DNA from: an uncultured Deferribacteres bacterium
Lineage (GTDB): Bacteria; Zhuqueibacterota; Zhuqueibacteria; Zhuqueibacterales; Geothermadaptataceae
Length of the DNA stretch: 47,846 nucleotides
Assembly: GCA_964014485.1 (NCBI GenBank)
Contig: CAXHAT010000038.1
Coordinates: 1 to 47,846 of the forward strand
Reading direction: 5' to 3'
Below, one piece after another: positions 1 to 9,579 of this stretch. Position 1 is the stretch's first letter, and each line of letters starts with the position of its first letter. A program made the translations under genes and the position numbers. The notes under the pieces are model-generated. The model saw only the letters and a list, made by a program, of their open reading frames with translations, searched no databases and was not told the origin of the DNA.

Positions 1-100
1 GGAGAAGGGTGGAAGGACGCTCTTGTCACCGCCCTGAAGGACGGCGCTAATGAGAGAAAGAAATTATTTCCATCTCCAATTCTTGTATACGGAATATCGG
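1..100. repeat. Truncated REP/REPIN-like element, family A (CTCATTAG + hairpin with TTCA/TGAA loop) with ~45-bp tail
   Basis: 29-100 matches the reverse complement of 47631-47702 at 69/72 nt. 1-27 matches 47704-47730 directly at 26/27 nt. The hairpin CCGCCC-TGAA-GGACGG is followed by CGCTAATGAG. Confidence 0.85.
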
Positions 101-194
101 TTAAAAGCTAAATATCGGTTTCTGTGGAAACAATTCTAATGTCACAAAAGAATCACCCATTCAAATTTCATGTGAAAGAGGTTTTTAAACCAGA

Positions 195-1097
195 ATGATC
201 AAGCTAAAAATTCCCGGCTCCGCGTCCAACCTCGGCGCCGGATTCGATGCGCTTGGCTTGGCGCTGCGAATCCATCTGAACGTAGAAGCGCGTCCAAGCG
301 AAAGCGTCAAAATCGAACTTGCCGGAGAAGGCGCTGACAGTTTGCCCCGAAATGACAAAAACCTTTTAATTCGCAGCTATCGAAAAGCCTGCGAAACGTT
401 CGATCTTTCTCCCCAAACATGGTCTTTGAAAGTGCACAATGAAATTCCTTTGGCGCGCGGTCTTGGCTCCAGCGGAGCAGCAATTACGGCGGGACTGATG
501 TTGGCCCAGGCACAGTCCAAACACAAATTGTCTTTGCAAAAACTCTTGGAAATCGGCGCGGAGATTGAAGGCCACCCGGAAAATGTCGCCGCTTCGCTAC
601 TTGGGGGATTTGTGGTTTGTTGCCCAACAGAAAAACAGCTTTTTTCCCAATCTGTCACCCTGAAAAAATCATTGCAGGCTGTGGTCGTCGTTCCGGATTT
701 TGAGGTTTCAACAGCCGAAGCGCGCAAGCTTTTGCCGGAAAAGGTTTCGTTTGAAGATGCGGTCAGGAATATTCAACGCGCGACGCTAATGGTCGCGGCC
801 ATGAGCAATGGCGAGTACGACTTTCTTAAAACCGCCGCGGAAGATCAGTTGCACCAGCCTTATCGGAAGAAGCTCATTCCGGGGTTTGATAGCTTGCTCG
901 AAGCGATGTATCGGGCTGGTGCAAATGCCGTGTTTTTAAGCGGATCGGGTTCCACGGTTTGCGCATTTTCCGCAGGTCAGCCTGCAAAGATTGCGGAAGC
1001 GGCTGAAAAAGTTATTTTGGAGCAATCATACTTGGCAAAAATCAAAATCGTGGACGTCGCATCGAACGGAGCGGAGGTTTGGAATGAAAAAGAGTGA
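195..1097 (+). CDS. thrB: Homoserine kinase (GHMP kinase family)
   Basis: Motifs PGSASNLGAGFD, IPLARGLGSSGAA (GHMP ATP loop), EGHPENV, DQLHQPYR and LSGSGST. GAGG lies upstream of the ATG. Confidence 0.95.
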   Translation: MIKLKIPGSASNLGAGFDALGLALRIHLNVEARPSESVKIELAGEGADSLPRNDKNLLIRSYRKACETFDLSPQTWSLKVHNEIPLARGLGSSGAAITAGLMLAQAQSKHKLSLQKLLEIGAEIEGHPENVAASLLGGFVVCCPTEKQLFSQSVTLKKSLQAVVVVPDFEVSTAEARKLLPEKVSFEDAVRNIQRATLMVAAMSNGEYDFLKTAAEDQLHQPYRKKLIPGFDSLLEAMYRAGANAVFLSGSGSTVCAFSAGQPAKIAEAAEKVILEQSYLAKIKIVDVASNGAEVWNEKE

Positions 1098-1812
1098 GTT
1101 GAGAAGCGTCGGTATTTGGTTGATCGCAATCCTGCTGACGGGATGCGGTGCGGGCAATAAAAGCTTGTCGGATGGATCGAGAGTTCGTCTCACGGAGAAA
1201 GAATCCGGCTATTTTTCTTACCTGGCTTATACGCCCGAACGATATCAGGCAAAGGCCAAGAAAAAATTCCCGCTCATGCTATTTCTGCACGGCGCCGGTG
1301 AGCGCGGCGACGACTTGGAATTGTTGAAAGTTCACGGCCCGCCAAAGCTGATAGCTCAAGGAGAAGATTTTCCGTTCATTATGGCGGCGCCGCAATGCCC
1401 GAAAGGCGAGTGGTGGAGCATCGATGAGCTGACCAAGCTTGTGGATGAGCTGGAGCGTGACTATCGCGTTGATAAAACAAGAATTTACGTGACGGGCTTG
1501 AGTATGGGCGGCTACGGATCGTGGGGGCTTGCCATCGCCAACCCGGATCGATTTGCGGCAATTGCGCCGATTTGCGGCGGCGGACAGCCGGAAGAAGTGT
1601 GCGCGATCAAAGACGTTCCGACTTGGGTTTTTCACGGCGCGAAAGACGTTGTCGTGAAGCTGACTGAGTCCGAAAAAATGGTTGACGCTCTCAAGGCGTG
1701 CGGCGGCGATGTGAAATTTACGGTGTATCCTGAAGCGAATCACGATTCCTGGACGGAAACTTACGACAATCCGGAATTTTTCAAATGGATATTGAGTCAG
1801 TCGCTAAACTAG
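1084..1812 (+). CDS. Alpha/beta-hydrolase lipoprotein (phospholipase/carboxylesterase, predicted-peptidase type)
   Basis: FLHGAGERG, nucleophile GLSMGG, FHGAKD and HDSW motifs. ATG 1084 follows GGAGG and gives a lipoprotein signal ending LTG-C. The TTG 991 start looks like an over-extension. Confidence 0.85.
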   Translation: MKKSELRSVGIWLIAILLTGCGAGNKSLSDGSRVRLTEKESGYFSYLAYTPERYQAKAKKKFPLMLFLHGAGERGDDLELLKVHGPPKLIAQGEDFPFIMAAPQCPKGEWWSIDELTKLVDELERDYRVDKTRIYVTGLSMGGYGSWGLAIANPDRFAAIAPICGGGQPEEVCAIKDVPTWVFHGAKDVVVKLTESEKMVDALKACGGDVKFTVYPEANHDSWTETYDNPEFFKWILSQSLN

Positions 1813-1813
1813 C

Positions 1814-2563
1814 ATGATTCAAGATCCTGCGTTCTATGCCGTCGCCATATTTGCGGTTATCATGACCGGAATAGCGAAAAGCGGGTTCGGCGGCGGTATT
1901 GCCGTGCTTGCCGTCCCGCTGATGTCGATCACGATCTCTCCGATTCAAGCCGCGGGAATCCTGCTGCCGTTGTTGTGTTTGATGGATGTGTTTGCACTTT
2001 GGCACTATCGCAATCGCTGGGACAAGCGAAACCTTGTTATTTTATTGCCCGCCGCTGTTTTGGGCATTTTAATTGGCAGTTTTACATTTTCCTACCTTTC
2101 CGACGGCGTCGTTCGAATTCTAGTCGGCGTCATTTCCATCGCTTTTGTTGCGCACTACTTTTTCTGGAGAAACAGTCCGAAGGTGATCAAGCCCAAGCTT
2201 GTGTCAGGCGGATTTTGGGGCGCCTTGTCCGGCTTTACAAGCTTTGGCGTTCACGCAGGCGGGCCGCCCTTGAGCATTTATTTACTGCCGCAAAGAATGG
2301 AAAAATCCCTCATGGTTGGGACAACGGTGATCTTTTTTACGATTGTTAATTTGGTCAAACTGATTCCTTACGGAATTTTGGGGCAACTCAGTTCTGAAAA
2401 TTTAATGACCTCGCTCATTCTCAGTCCGCTCGCGCCGCTGGGGATATTTTTAGGCGTTCAAGTACAAAAAGTTTTTAGTGAAAAGCTGTTTTACCGGCTG
2501 TGCTATTTTTTCCTTTTTGTGGCCGGAACGAAGCTGCTTTTGCAGGGGCTGGGTGAAGTTTGA
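1814..2563 (+). CDS. Sulfite exporter TauE/SafE (TSUP) family membrane protein
   Basis: About 8 hydrophobic segments with GIAKSGFGGG and HAGGPP motifs; starts 1 nt after the upstream stop. Confidence 0.9.
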   Translation: MIQDPAFYAVAIFAVIMTGIAKSGFGGGIAVLAVPLMSITISPIQAAGILLPLLCLMDVFALWHYRNRWDKRNLVILLPAAVLGILIGSFTFSYLSDGVVRILVGVISIAFVAHYFFWRNSPKVIKPKLVSGGFWGALSGFTSFGVHAGGPPLSIYLLPQRMEKSLMVGTTVIFFTIVNLVKLIPYGILGQLSSENLMTSLILSPLAPLGIFLGVQVQKVFSEKLFYRLCYFFLFVAGTKLLLQGLGEV

Positions 2564-2702
2564 ACCCAAGACTCTGTTTCGATTCGCTTGCTTTCGCTCC
2601 AATTACACGAGATATTTCGCCTTTATCAAATTCCGGTTCCTTTTTGAAACTTTTCACAAACGCTTGGCAAATCCGCCGCAACTTCCATTTGGAAAATGTA
2701 AA

Positions 2703-3977
2703 TTGAACCACTTTGTAACGCAATCTTCGCTTCGGCGTCCCGTCATTCTCACCCTCACCATTTTTTTTCTCGGGTGCCAGGAACAGCAGGCACCGGAACT
2801 CCAACAGGTTCGAACCGGCCTTGATCGCCTGGCTTCGGGGGAGACGCAAATTCTGAACGGCCTGCGCGTCGGTATAATCACCAACCAGACCGGCATAGCT
2901 TCCGACGGCAAGCACGTCGCTGACATTGTTGCTGAGAATCCCAACATAAAACTTGCGGCGCTATTTGGCCCCGAGCACGGCATTCGCGGACAGATGGAAG
3001 GCGGTTACAGTGTTTCAATTGACACTGATCCGAAAACAGGCGCGCCAATTTACAGCCTTTACGGAAAAACCCGCAAACCAACGTCCCAAATGCTCGCCGG
3101 GCTAGACGCGCTCGTTTTTGATATTCAAGACATTGGCGCGCGATTTTATACTTACATCAGCACGATGAGCCATGCCATGGAAGCCGCTGCTGAACACGGG
3201 CTTAAGTTTCTCGTTTTGGATCGGCCCAATCCGATTGGCGGCGAGTGGGTTGAAGGTCCCGTACTTGACCCGGAGCATCGCAGTTTTATTGGCGTGCATC
3301 CAATTCCTCTGCGGCACGGCATGACGGTTGGCGAATTGGCGAAGATGTTTAACGAAGAAGGGTGGCTGGCAAACGGGGTCAAAGCCGATCTGCACGTAGT
3401 CAACTGCGAAGGCTGGCGGCGAGAGCAGATTTTTTCTGACTTTAGTGAAAATTGGACCCCTCCGTCGCCCAACGTCCCGAATCTTGACGCCGCACTGCTT
3501 TATCCGGGGGTTGGTCTCGTAGAAACGCTGCCCAATTTTTCGGAAGGCCGGGGCACGGAAACGCCGTTTGAAGTCGTTGGCGCGCCGTGGCTTAACGCTG
3601 ACGCGGTGATTGCCGAGCTTGAACAGGCTGGGCTGGAGGGAGTCGCTTTTGAGAAGACGACTTTTACGCCCAAAGACATGCCGGGCAAAGCCACCAATAA
3701 TAAGCACGACGGTCAAATGTGCCAAGGCGTCAAATTTAAGGTTTCGGACGGGCGCAAATTGGAATCTGTGAAATTGGGCTTCGCCTTACTTGTCGCTTTG
3801 CAAAAAATTCATGCCAATGAACTGGAAATGAATGAACGACGCGTCACCAGGTTTACCGGTCAGACAAATATATTCTCGATGATAAAATCAGGCGCTTCCC
3901 TTGATGAACTTGAAGAGTTTTGGCGGCCCGAGCTTGAGGCGTTTATTGAAAAACGAAAAAACTACTTGTTGTACTGA
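2703..3977 (+). CDS. namZ: Exo-beta-N-acetylmuramidase NamZ family (DUF1343) lipoprotein
   Basis: Motifs GIITNQTG, LFGPEHG, FDIQDIGARFYTY, VLDRPNP, RHGMTVGE, PSPN and SEGRGT. TTG 2703 gives a signal peptide with lipobox FLG-C; the start is approximate. Confidence 0.88.
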   Translation: MNHFVTQSSLRRPVILTLTIFFLGCQEQQAPELQQVRTGLDRLASGETQILNGLRVGIITNQTGIASDGKHVADIVAENPNIKLAALFGPEHGIRGQMEGGYSVSIDTDPKTGAPIYSLYGKTRKPTSQMLAGLDALVFDIQDIGARFYTYISTMSHAMEAAAEHGLKFLVLDRPNPIGGEWVEGPVLDPEHRSFIGVHPIPLRHGMTVGELAKMFNEEGWLANGVKADLHVVNCEGWRREQIFSDFSENWTPPSPNVPNLDAALLYPGVGLVETLPNFSEGRGTETPFEVVGAPWLNADAVIAELEQAGLEGVAFEKTTFTPKDMPGKATNNKHDGQMCQGVKFKVSDGRKLESVKLGFALLVALQKIHANELEMNERRVTRFTGQTNIFSMIKSGASLDELEEFWRPELEAFIEKRKNYLLY

Positions 3978-4008
3978 CTATTGAACAGACTAAACCGGAG
4001 GGCGACTG

Positions 4009-5454
4009 ATGTTTGGACATCCTAGGGGATTGAGAACGCTTTTTTTTACCGAGCTGTGGGAACGGTTCAGCTATTATGGCATGAGAGGGCTGCTTGTGCT
4101 CTTTCTAACCGCTACGATTGAAAACGGCGGTTTCGGGCTTGATAATGATCGCGCCGGAGCAATTCTCGCGCTTTATCTCGCCTTTGTTTATCTTATGGCG
4201 CTGCCCGGCGGTTGGATCGCGGATCGTATTCTCGGTCAACGCGACGCCGTGTTCGTGGGCGGGATAATTATCGCCGCCGGGCATTTTTCCATGGCCATAC
4301 CCTTTGCGTCGACTTTCTATCTCGGCCTTGTTTTGATCGTTCTCGGCACCGGACTCTTGAAGCCAAATGTAAGCGCGATCGTCGGCGATTTATACCCTGA
4401 AGGCGGCGCGCGAAAAGACGCAGGGTTTTCGATTTTTTATATGGGGATAAACATCGGCGCTTTCCTCGGCCCGCTTGTCTGCGGATATCTCGGCGAGAAC
4501 ATCAACTGGCACCTTGGATTCAGTGCGGCTGGTATTGGCATGGTTTTGGGGCTGATTCAATATAGAGTCGGCCTGAAAGATATGGGCAATGCGGGTGAGC
4601 TTAGAGACAGAACCGACGCCGACAAGCAAACGGCAAAGTCGCAATTGTTTAAGGGACTAGGCGCCTTTGCGGCGTTGTTTGTCATCCTCTGGGGCGTAGA
4701 TTCGGCCGGTCTGATAAGCCTCTCGCTCGAAAATATTGCCCAGGGCACGGGGGTTGTTATTGTCGGAATTGCGGTGTTGTATTTTCTTTTCTTGTTGATC
4801 GCCGGCCAATACACGTCGCAAGAAAAAAAGCGCATTCTGGTTATCTTTTTCTTATTCATTGGTGCAGCGCTCTTCTGGTCTGGTTTTGAACAAGCGGCTT
4901 CGACGCTCAATTTGTTCGCTAAAGACAAAACAAACTTGAATATCGTCGGGTTCAACATGCCGGCGAGCTGGCTGCAATCTGTAAATGCTTTATTTATCAT
5001 TCTTCTTGCGCCCGTCTTCGGGATGATCTGGGTGTGGCTGGCCAATCGTGAGCCTTCGATTCCGCTCAAGTTTGCCTTGGGATTGCTTCAGCTTGGCGTC
5101 GGCTTTTTTGTTTTGGCCTGGGGCGCAAGTTACGCCGTCGACGGTTACTTGGTCAGCCCAATGTGGCTTGTCGTGACGTACTTCTTTCACACCACCGGCG
5201 AATTGTGTTTGAGCCCGGTTGGCTTAAGCAGCGTGACAAAATTGTCGCCAAGACCGCTTGTCGGCCAAATGATGGGTGTTTGGTTTATGGGTACTGCGCT
5301 GGGTAACCTCATCGCGGGACTAGCGACAGGCTTAATCGGCGACGTGTCCGACGTAGCGCTTTTTAATAATGTCGGTATGATCAGTTGCGTCGGCGGGCTT
5401 GCCTTTTTGTTCTTGGTTATCCCGTTGAAGAAGATGATTGGCCAAGTCAAGTAA
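4009..5454 (+). CDS. Proton-dependent oligopeptide transporter (POT/PTR, DtpT-like MFS)
   Basis: ExxERFxYY motif (ELWERFSYYG), GTGLLKPN, FYMGINIG and GELCLSPVG; GGAGG RBS. Confidence 0.95.
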   Translation: MFGHPRGLRTLFFTELWERFSYYGMRGLLVLFLTATIENGGFGLDNDRAGAILALYLAFVYLMALPGGWIADRILGQRDAVFVGGIIIAAGHFSMAIPFASTFYLGLVLIVLGTGLLKPNVSAIVGDLYPEGGARKDAGFSIFYMGINIGAFLGPLVCGYLGENINWHLGFSAAGIGMVLGLIQYRVGLKDMGNAGELRDRTDADKQTAKSQLFKGLGAFAALFVILWGVDSAGLISLSLENIAQGTGVVIVGIAVLYFLFLLIAGQYTSQEKKRILVIFFLFIGAALFWSGFEQAASTLNLFAKDKTNLNIVGFNMPASWLQSVNALFIILLAPVFGMIWVWLANREPSIPLKFALGLLQLGVGFFVLAWGASYAVDGYLVSPMWLVVTYFFHTTGELCLSPVGLSSVTKLSPRPLVGQMMGVWFMGTALGNLIAGLATGLIGDVSDVALFNNVGMISCVGGLAFLFLVIPLKKMIGQVK

Positions 5455-5496
5455 ACCAGGCATTCTTGCCGTTAAGTTTACCGCAATAGAATTGTG

Positions 5497-5532
5497 AGTC
5501 GTTGAGGCGCTTGAAGCGTCTCAACGATTTTT
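5497..5532 (+). terminator. Rho-independent terminator after the thrB-POT run
   Basis: Stem TCGTTGAGGCGCT / AGCGTCTCAACGA (one G-U pair) followed by a T run. Confidence 0.7.
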
Positions 5533-5668
5533 CCTTCCCGCTGTTTTTTCCAAAACCCTCCGTCGCTTCACAAAATCTCAATTTCATTTCACATCAAGGC
5601 TTGCGTGGTTTCAATAAGAAACTTTGTCCGTTTTAGCAGTGCCCGCTTTTGCGATTGACGAAAAGATG

Positions 5669-5681
5669 TAAGTCTTTAATT
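5669..5681 (-). promoter_or_regulatory. IHF-like binding site upstream of the sigma54 promoter
   Basis: Reverse complement AATTAAAGACTTA against consensus WATCAANNNNTTR has one mismatch. It sits in an AT-rich patch ~45 bp upstream of the -24 box. Confidence 0.45.
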
Positions 5682-5722
5682 TATTTAGCTCTAAGACAGG
5701 GCTGAGTTCTGGGATGCGTGCG

Positions 5723-5738
5723 TGGTACACGACTTGCT
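5723..5738 (+). promoter_or_regulatory. Sigma54 (RpoN) -24/-12 promoter
   Basis: TGGTACACGACTTGCT has GG-N10-GC spacing and closely matches TGGCAC-N5-TTGC. Confidence 0.75.
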
Positions 5739-5749
5739 TAAGTTGGAGC

Positions 5750-5873
5750 GTACGTAATTTGGTCGTGGCGGAATTTGGTGATTTCCCCTGATCTCCAATT
5801 CCGTTTTTAAACCGAGCTTTTAGTGTTCCGGTCCCTCCCCTGCCGGAACGCGCTCCTGGCTCGGTTTTTTTTT
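5750..5873 (+). ncRNA. Candidate sigma54-dependent small RNA with two C-rich hairpin loops
   Basis: Begins ~12 nt after the -12 box. Hairpin 5767-5805 has loop TTCCCCTG. Hairpin 5809-5867 has outer stem AAACCGAGC/GCTCGGTTT, inner stem GTGTTCCGG/CCGGAACGC and loop TCCCTCCCCTG. It ends in T9, and the track shows no ORF here. Confidence 0.6.
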
Positions 5874-5967
5874 GCTCTGCGCGGCTTTTTTAGTTTTTCA
5901 ATTTCCGCGGAGTGAGGGTAAGTAACTACCGATCACTTCATTTTCCTAAACGCGCGATACTTCCCAA

Positions 5968-7179
5968 ATGAAAAAATCCATTATTCAGCCCTCGCCGGAC
6001 GCATTTAATTTTGATCTCTCTCCGCATATTCTTGTCGTTGATGATGAAGAAGCCGTACGCCAAATTTGTCAAAAATGCCTTGAGCGTGAAGGATACGCAA
6101 TTGAACTGGCGCAAAACGGATTGGCCGCGTTGGAAAAGCTTCGTCAATTTGAAGATATTCAAATCGTAATGACGGATATGATGATGCCGGCAATGGGGGG
6201 CGTTGACCTGTTGGAAACGATAAAACGTGATTACCCGCACATCGAAGTGATTATGATGACGGGGAATGCGACGATTCAAAGCGCAATCGACGCCATGAAA
6301 AAAGGCGCTCAGGAGTTCATATTGAAACCCGCAAAACCTGAGCTCATTCTGAATGTGATCCGAAAGTGCATTGATAAAATTACCGCTAGCAAAACAATTG
6401 CGGAGTTGAGCGAAGCGTACAAGAAAACGAAACAGCTCGAAGCGATGAAAGACAAGTTTCTGGCGATTACTTCGCACGAGCTTAGAACGCCCGTCAATCA
6501 CTTGAAAAGCTTTGTCAGCGTATTAGATGAGAGCGCCGGGTTTGAAATTTGTCCAAAAGAACGTCGCGAGTACATGCGCGTCATCTCAAAATCAATTGAC
6601 GACCTGCAAGAAATCGTGACCAACATGTTTGACGTTCTCAGGGCCGAGAACGCGGCCATTCCCTTGCGCATCGACTCGTTGGACATTCATGAATTACTCA
6701 AAGAAATTTTTGATGAATACCGAATCGCTTCTCAGGATGATCGCAGAAACCAGACGATCACAATGGACTTGTCGGCCACAAACACAAAAATTGAAGCGGA
6801 TCGACTCAAGGTCAAAGGATTGATTTCACATTTAATCCAAAATGCAAAAAAATTCACGCCGGATTTTGGAAAGATCGCCTTACAAAGCCGCGACGACGGC
6901 GAGTTCATTGTTGTCGCGATCCAGGATAATGGCGTCGGGATTCCTGAAGATGAGCTTGGCAATGTTTTTAACGAATTCTATGAGGTCGGCCCGGTTCAAA
7001 AACATGGAACCAGCAAAACAAATTTTGGCGGCGGCGGGCTTGGATTGGGGCTTTCGCTCTCCCGTGCAATCGCAACTGCGCACGGCGGCGGTATTCGCGT
7101 AAAAAGCGAGGTGGGGAAGGGATCTGAGTTCATGGTTTATTTGCCGCAAAAACAGACAAACGAAACCAGCGCTATTTAA
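5968..7179 (+). CDS. Cytoplasmic hybrid response regulator-histidine kinase (REC-HisKA-HATPase)
   Basis: Receiver motifs ILVVDDE, TDMMMP and LKP; H-box SHELRTP; NAKKFT, DNGVGI and GLGLGL; no TM segment. Confidence 0.95.
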   Translation: MKKSIIQPSPDAFNFDLSPHILVVDDEEAVRQICQKCLEREGYAIELAQNGLAALEKLRQFEDIQIVMTDMMMPAMGGVDLLETIKRDYPHIEVIMMTGNATIQSAIDAMKKGAQEFILKPAKPELILNVIRKCIDKITASKTIAELSEAYKKTKQLEAMKDKFLAITSHELRTPVNHLKSFVSVLDESAGFEICPKERREYMRVISKSIDDLQEIVTNMFDVLRAENAAIPLRIDSLDIHELLKEIFDEYRIASQDDRRNQTITMDLSATNTKIEADRLKVKGLISHLIQNAKKFTPDFGKIALQSRDDGEFIVVAIQDNGVGIPEDELGNVFNEFYEVGPVQKHGTSKTNFGGGGLGLGLSLSRAIATAHGGGIRVKSEVGKGSEFMVYLPQKQTNETSAI

Positions 7180-9332
7180 AAATCGAGAGGGAGGCTCGCG
7201 CGGGCGTGCCAGTTGCGCCCAGGGGATGGTTCAAAAAAACGGGCGCCGAAAGCGTTGGGGACAATCGAAGCGTTGTAGCGGACGTCAAATAAGTTATTCA
7301 CCCCGAAATAAAAAGTCATTCTGAAATTCTGAAGCGCCTTCGAAAATCCGGCGTTGAGATTGACTAACGCATACCCGTCATTTATGAAAGCGTCGGAGCT
7401 TCCGCCGTCGCCGTTTAAGTCGTTGGCAAAATAACCGTCAACGAATTCTGCGTTAAGCTCCACAAAAACAGCCGTCAAGGCTTTATAATTGATCGCCGCG
7501 AAAAAACGATAAGACGGTACGCCTGGAAGTTTATTGTTTTTCAGTTGCTGCAACCCTTCGTTCCCTTCAATTTCATAATTTCGGAAGCGAAAATCCATCA
7601 GTGTAAATGCTGAAGTCAATCTGATGGATTTCTGAATATGCCAGCTCAAATCAGCCTCAAACCCTCGATTCCAAGCGGCGCCGGCGTTACGATAAAAGAT
7701 TTCTTCACTCTCCGGGTCTTGCACTTGAAACGGAATCAACATGTTTTCGACCGCCATCGTGAAAACCGCCGCATTGTATCGGACGTTTTTTTCCAGCCAA
7801 TCGCCTTTCCCTCCAATCTCAAGACTGCGAATATATTCAGGGTTTAAATTGTCGTTCAGCCCGCCTTCCTGATTGGGGCGATTCGTCAATTCTACTGTCG
7901 TCGGCGTTTGAAAAGCGCTTGAAAAATTGGCGTATAACGCAAAGAGCGACTTGGGGCGCCAGGTTATTCCAAGCATCGGACTGGGTTGATTCATTGAAAT
8001 ACTTTGAGATTCAGAGCCTGGTGCGAAGCTGTTTTCCACCTTGAAAGTAAAGCGGTCAAATCGGATTCCCGCCAGGTAGGAGATTTTTGGCGAAGGAGAA
8101 TATTCGAGTTCTGTAAAAACGCCGACGCCAAAGACTCTTTCTCTTTGGTTTAGAAGTGTTTCTCCAACCTGGACGTTTTCAATGACGTTTTGCGGAAGCA
8201 ATTCGCCAACCACGTCATCCGGCAAGCCGTCGTTTTCATTTTCCCGGCGGTCATCATTTTGGAATTCAAAATCGAGACCGGTTTTTAAAAAGAAAACCTG
8301 GCCATTTTTTTCGATCCGTCTGGTGTAAAGATTTCGAAAACCAAAAGCGTCGCGCTCCAAATCAATGATTCGCCCAGGGATTGGGTTGAAGAGTGAGCGA
8401 TTCGTAAAGAAAAAAGTCGAACGAAAGCGTCCTGCGCCGCTTGAACGATTTTCCAGAGTGAGACCGGCGTTTAATTGCTCGACAATTTTCCCGGCGCCCT
8501 GAGAGCGAACGAAAAATCGGGCGGTTTGAGGAGAGTCGGCGGCGTCTTGCTTGTTCAACGAGCTTGGATTTAAGAGGAACGGCGCATCCACAAATTGCAG
8601 CACGCCGGAAGCGCTCCAGGCGTTTGAAAATTTGATTTTTGATGTCGTATTGATTGAGTGAATCCGGCTGTCGCTGTGTTCTCGGAACCCGGAGACGTCT
8701 AATTTTCTTGCGCTTACGGATAGTTGTGCATTTTCATTTTGTACTCTTAGTTTGGCCGAAAATTCTTTAAGACCAAAGTCGCCAAGAGAGAAGGATGGCT
8801 CAAAGGTAACCTTGTTTTCCGCCTCGCTGAAAGCGCCGGACTCAATGAGAATGACGCCGCCTGCGGCATTGCCGTAAAGCGTGGAAGCCGGGCCGCGCAG
8901 AACTTCAATTCTTTCAGCGCCGTTTAAATCGAGATTGTTGAGTTGCGATTGCCCGTCCGCGAAAGTTAACGGGACGCCGTCTAACAAAACCTTCACGCCG
9001 CGCACGCCGAACGACGCTCGGGAGCCTATCCCGCGAATGCTAATGCGATCTCCCAGAGATAAATTTTGCCGATTGTTGACTGTTACGCCGGGAACGGCCT
9101 GTAACGCATTTTCCAATGAAAAACTGGCGCCTGTTTGGCGCAGGCGCTCGTTATCGATTAAGGAGACGGCGTATGGCGTTCGGAAGGCTGGCCTCTCGTC
9201 GCGCATGGCGGAGACGGCGATTGGTTGGACAAAATATTGCCGGAGGGAATCAGGCGCTTCATTTTGGGAAATGAGGTTGGTCGCCACAGAAGAAAATAAA
9301 ACGGCGGCGATAAGCAAAATTCTATTTTTCAT
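7176..9332 (-). CDS. TonB-dependent receptor, YncD/PqqU-like
   Basis: Signal peptide; plug NRQNLSLGDRISIRGIGSRASFGVRG...DGQSQ and ERIEVLRGPASTLYGNAAGGVI; C-terminal NNLFD...PGR and terminal Phe. Confidence 0.9.
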   Translation of the reverse strand: MKNRILLIAAVLFSSVATNLISQNEAPDSLRQYFVQPIAVSAMRDERPAFRTPYAVSLIDNERLRQTGASFSLENALQAVPGVTVNNRQNLSLGDRISIRGIGSRASFGVRGVKVLLDGVPLTFADGQSQLNNLDLNGAERIEVLRGPASTLYGNAAGGVILIESGAFSEAENKVTFEPSFSLGDFGLKEFSAKLRVQNENAQLSVSARKLDVSGFREHSDSRIHSINTTSKIKFSNAWSASGVLQFVDAPFLLNPSSLNKQDAADSPQTARFFVRSQGAGKIVEQLNAGLTLENRSSGAGRFRSTFFFTNRSLFNPIPGRIIDLERDAFGFRNLYTRRIEKNGQVFFLKTGLDFEFQNDDRRENENDGLPDDVVGELLPQNVIENVQVGETLLNQRERVFGVGVFTELEYSPSPKISYLAGIRFDRFTFKVENSFAPGSESQSISMNQPSPMLGITWRPKSLFALYANFSSAFQTPTTVELTNRPNQEGGLNDNLNPEYIRSLEIGGKGDWLEKNVRYNAAVFTMAVENMLIPFQVQDPESEEIFYRNAGAAWNRGFEADLSWHIQKSIRLTSAFTLMDFRFRNYEIEGNEGLQQLKNNKLPGVPSYRFFAAINYKALTAVFVELNAEFVDGYFANDLNGDGGSSDAFINDGYALVNLNAGFSKALQNFRMTFYFGVNNLFDVRYNASIVPNAFGARFFEPSPGRNWHARASLPLDF

Positions 9333-9579
9333 CAGCGATTTTCTGTGCGTTCGTAGTTCGAAATTTTGAAGCGAGTCATGGGATTGCTATCATTCATCGG
9401 AGCCTGTGAGCAAGCCGGCAGTCTAGAAAATCAACTGGGTCGTGAAACTAAAAGTGCGCCTGGAAAGTCCTTTCCCGGTCATTCCTGCGGCTTTAGCGGA
9501 AGCGCCAATTGCGATGGTTCCAGAACGAGAATGTCGCCATCAAAAATATCGATCCGTTTTTAATTTTTAGGAGTTTAAC

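Noticed and set aside
2478..2702. 75-aa N-terminal extension of NamZ
   Set aside because: It overlaps the TSUP gene and looks non-coding; the lipoprotein signal begins near 2703.
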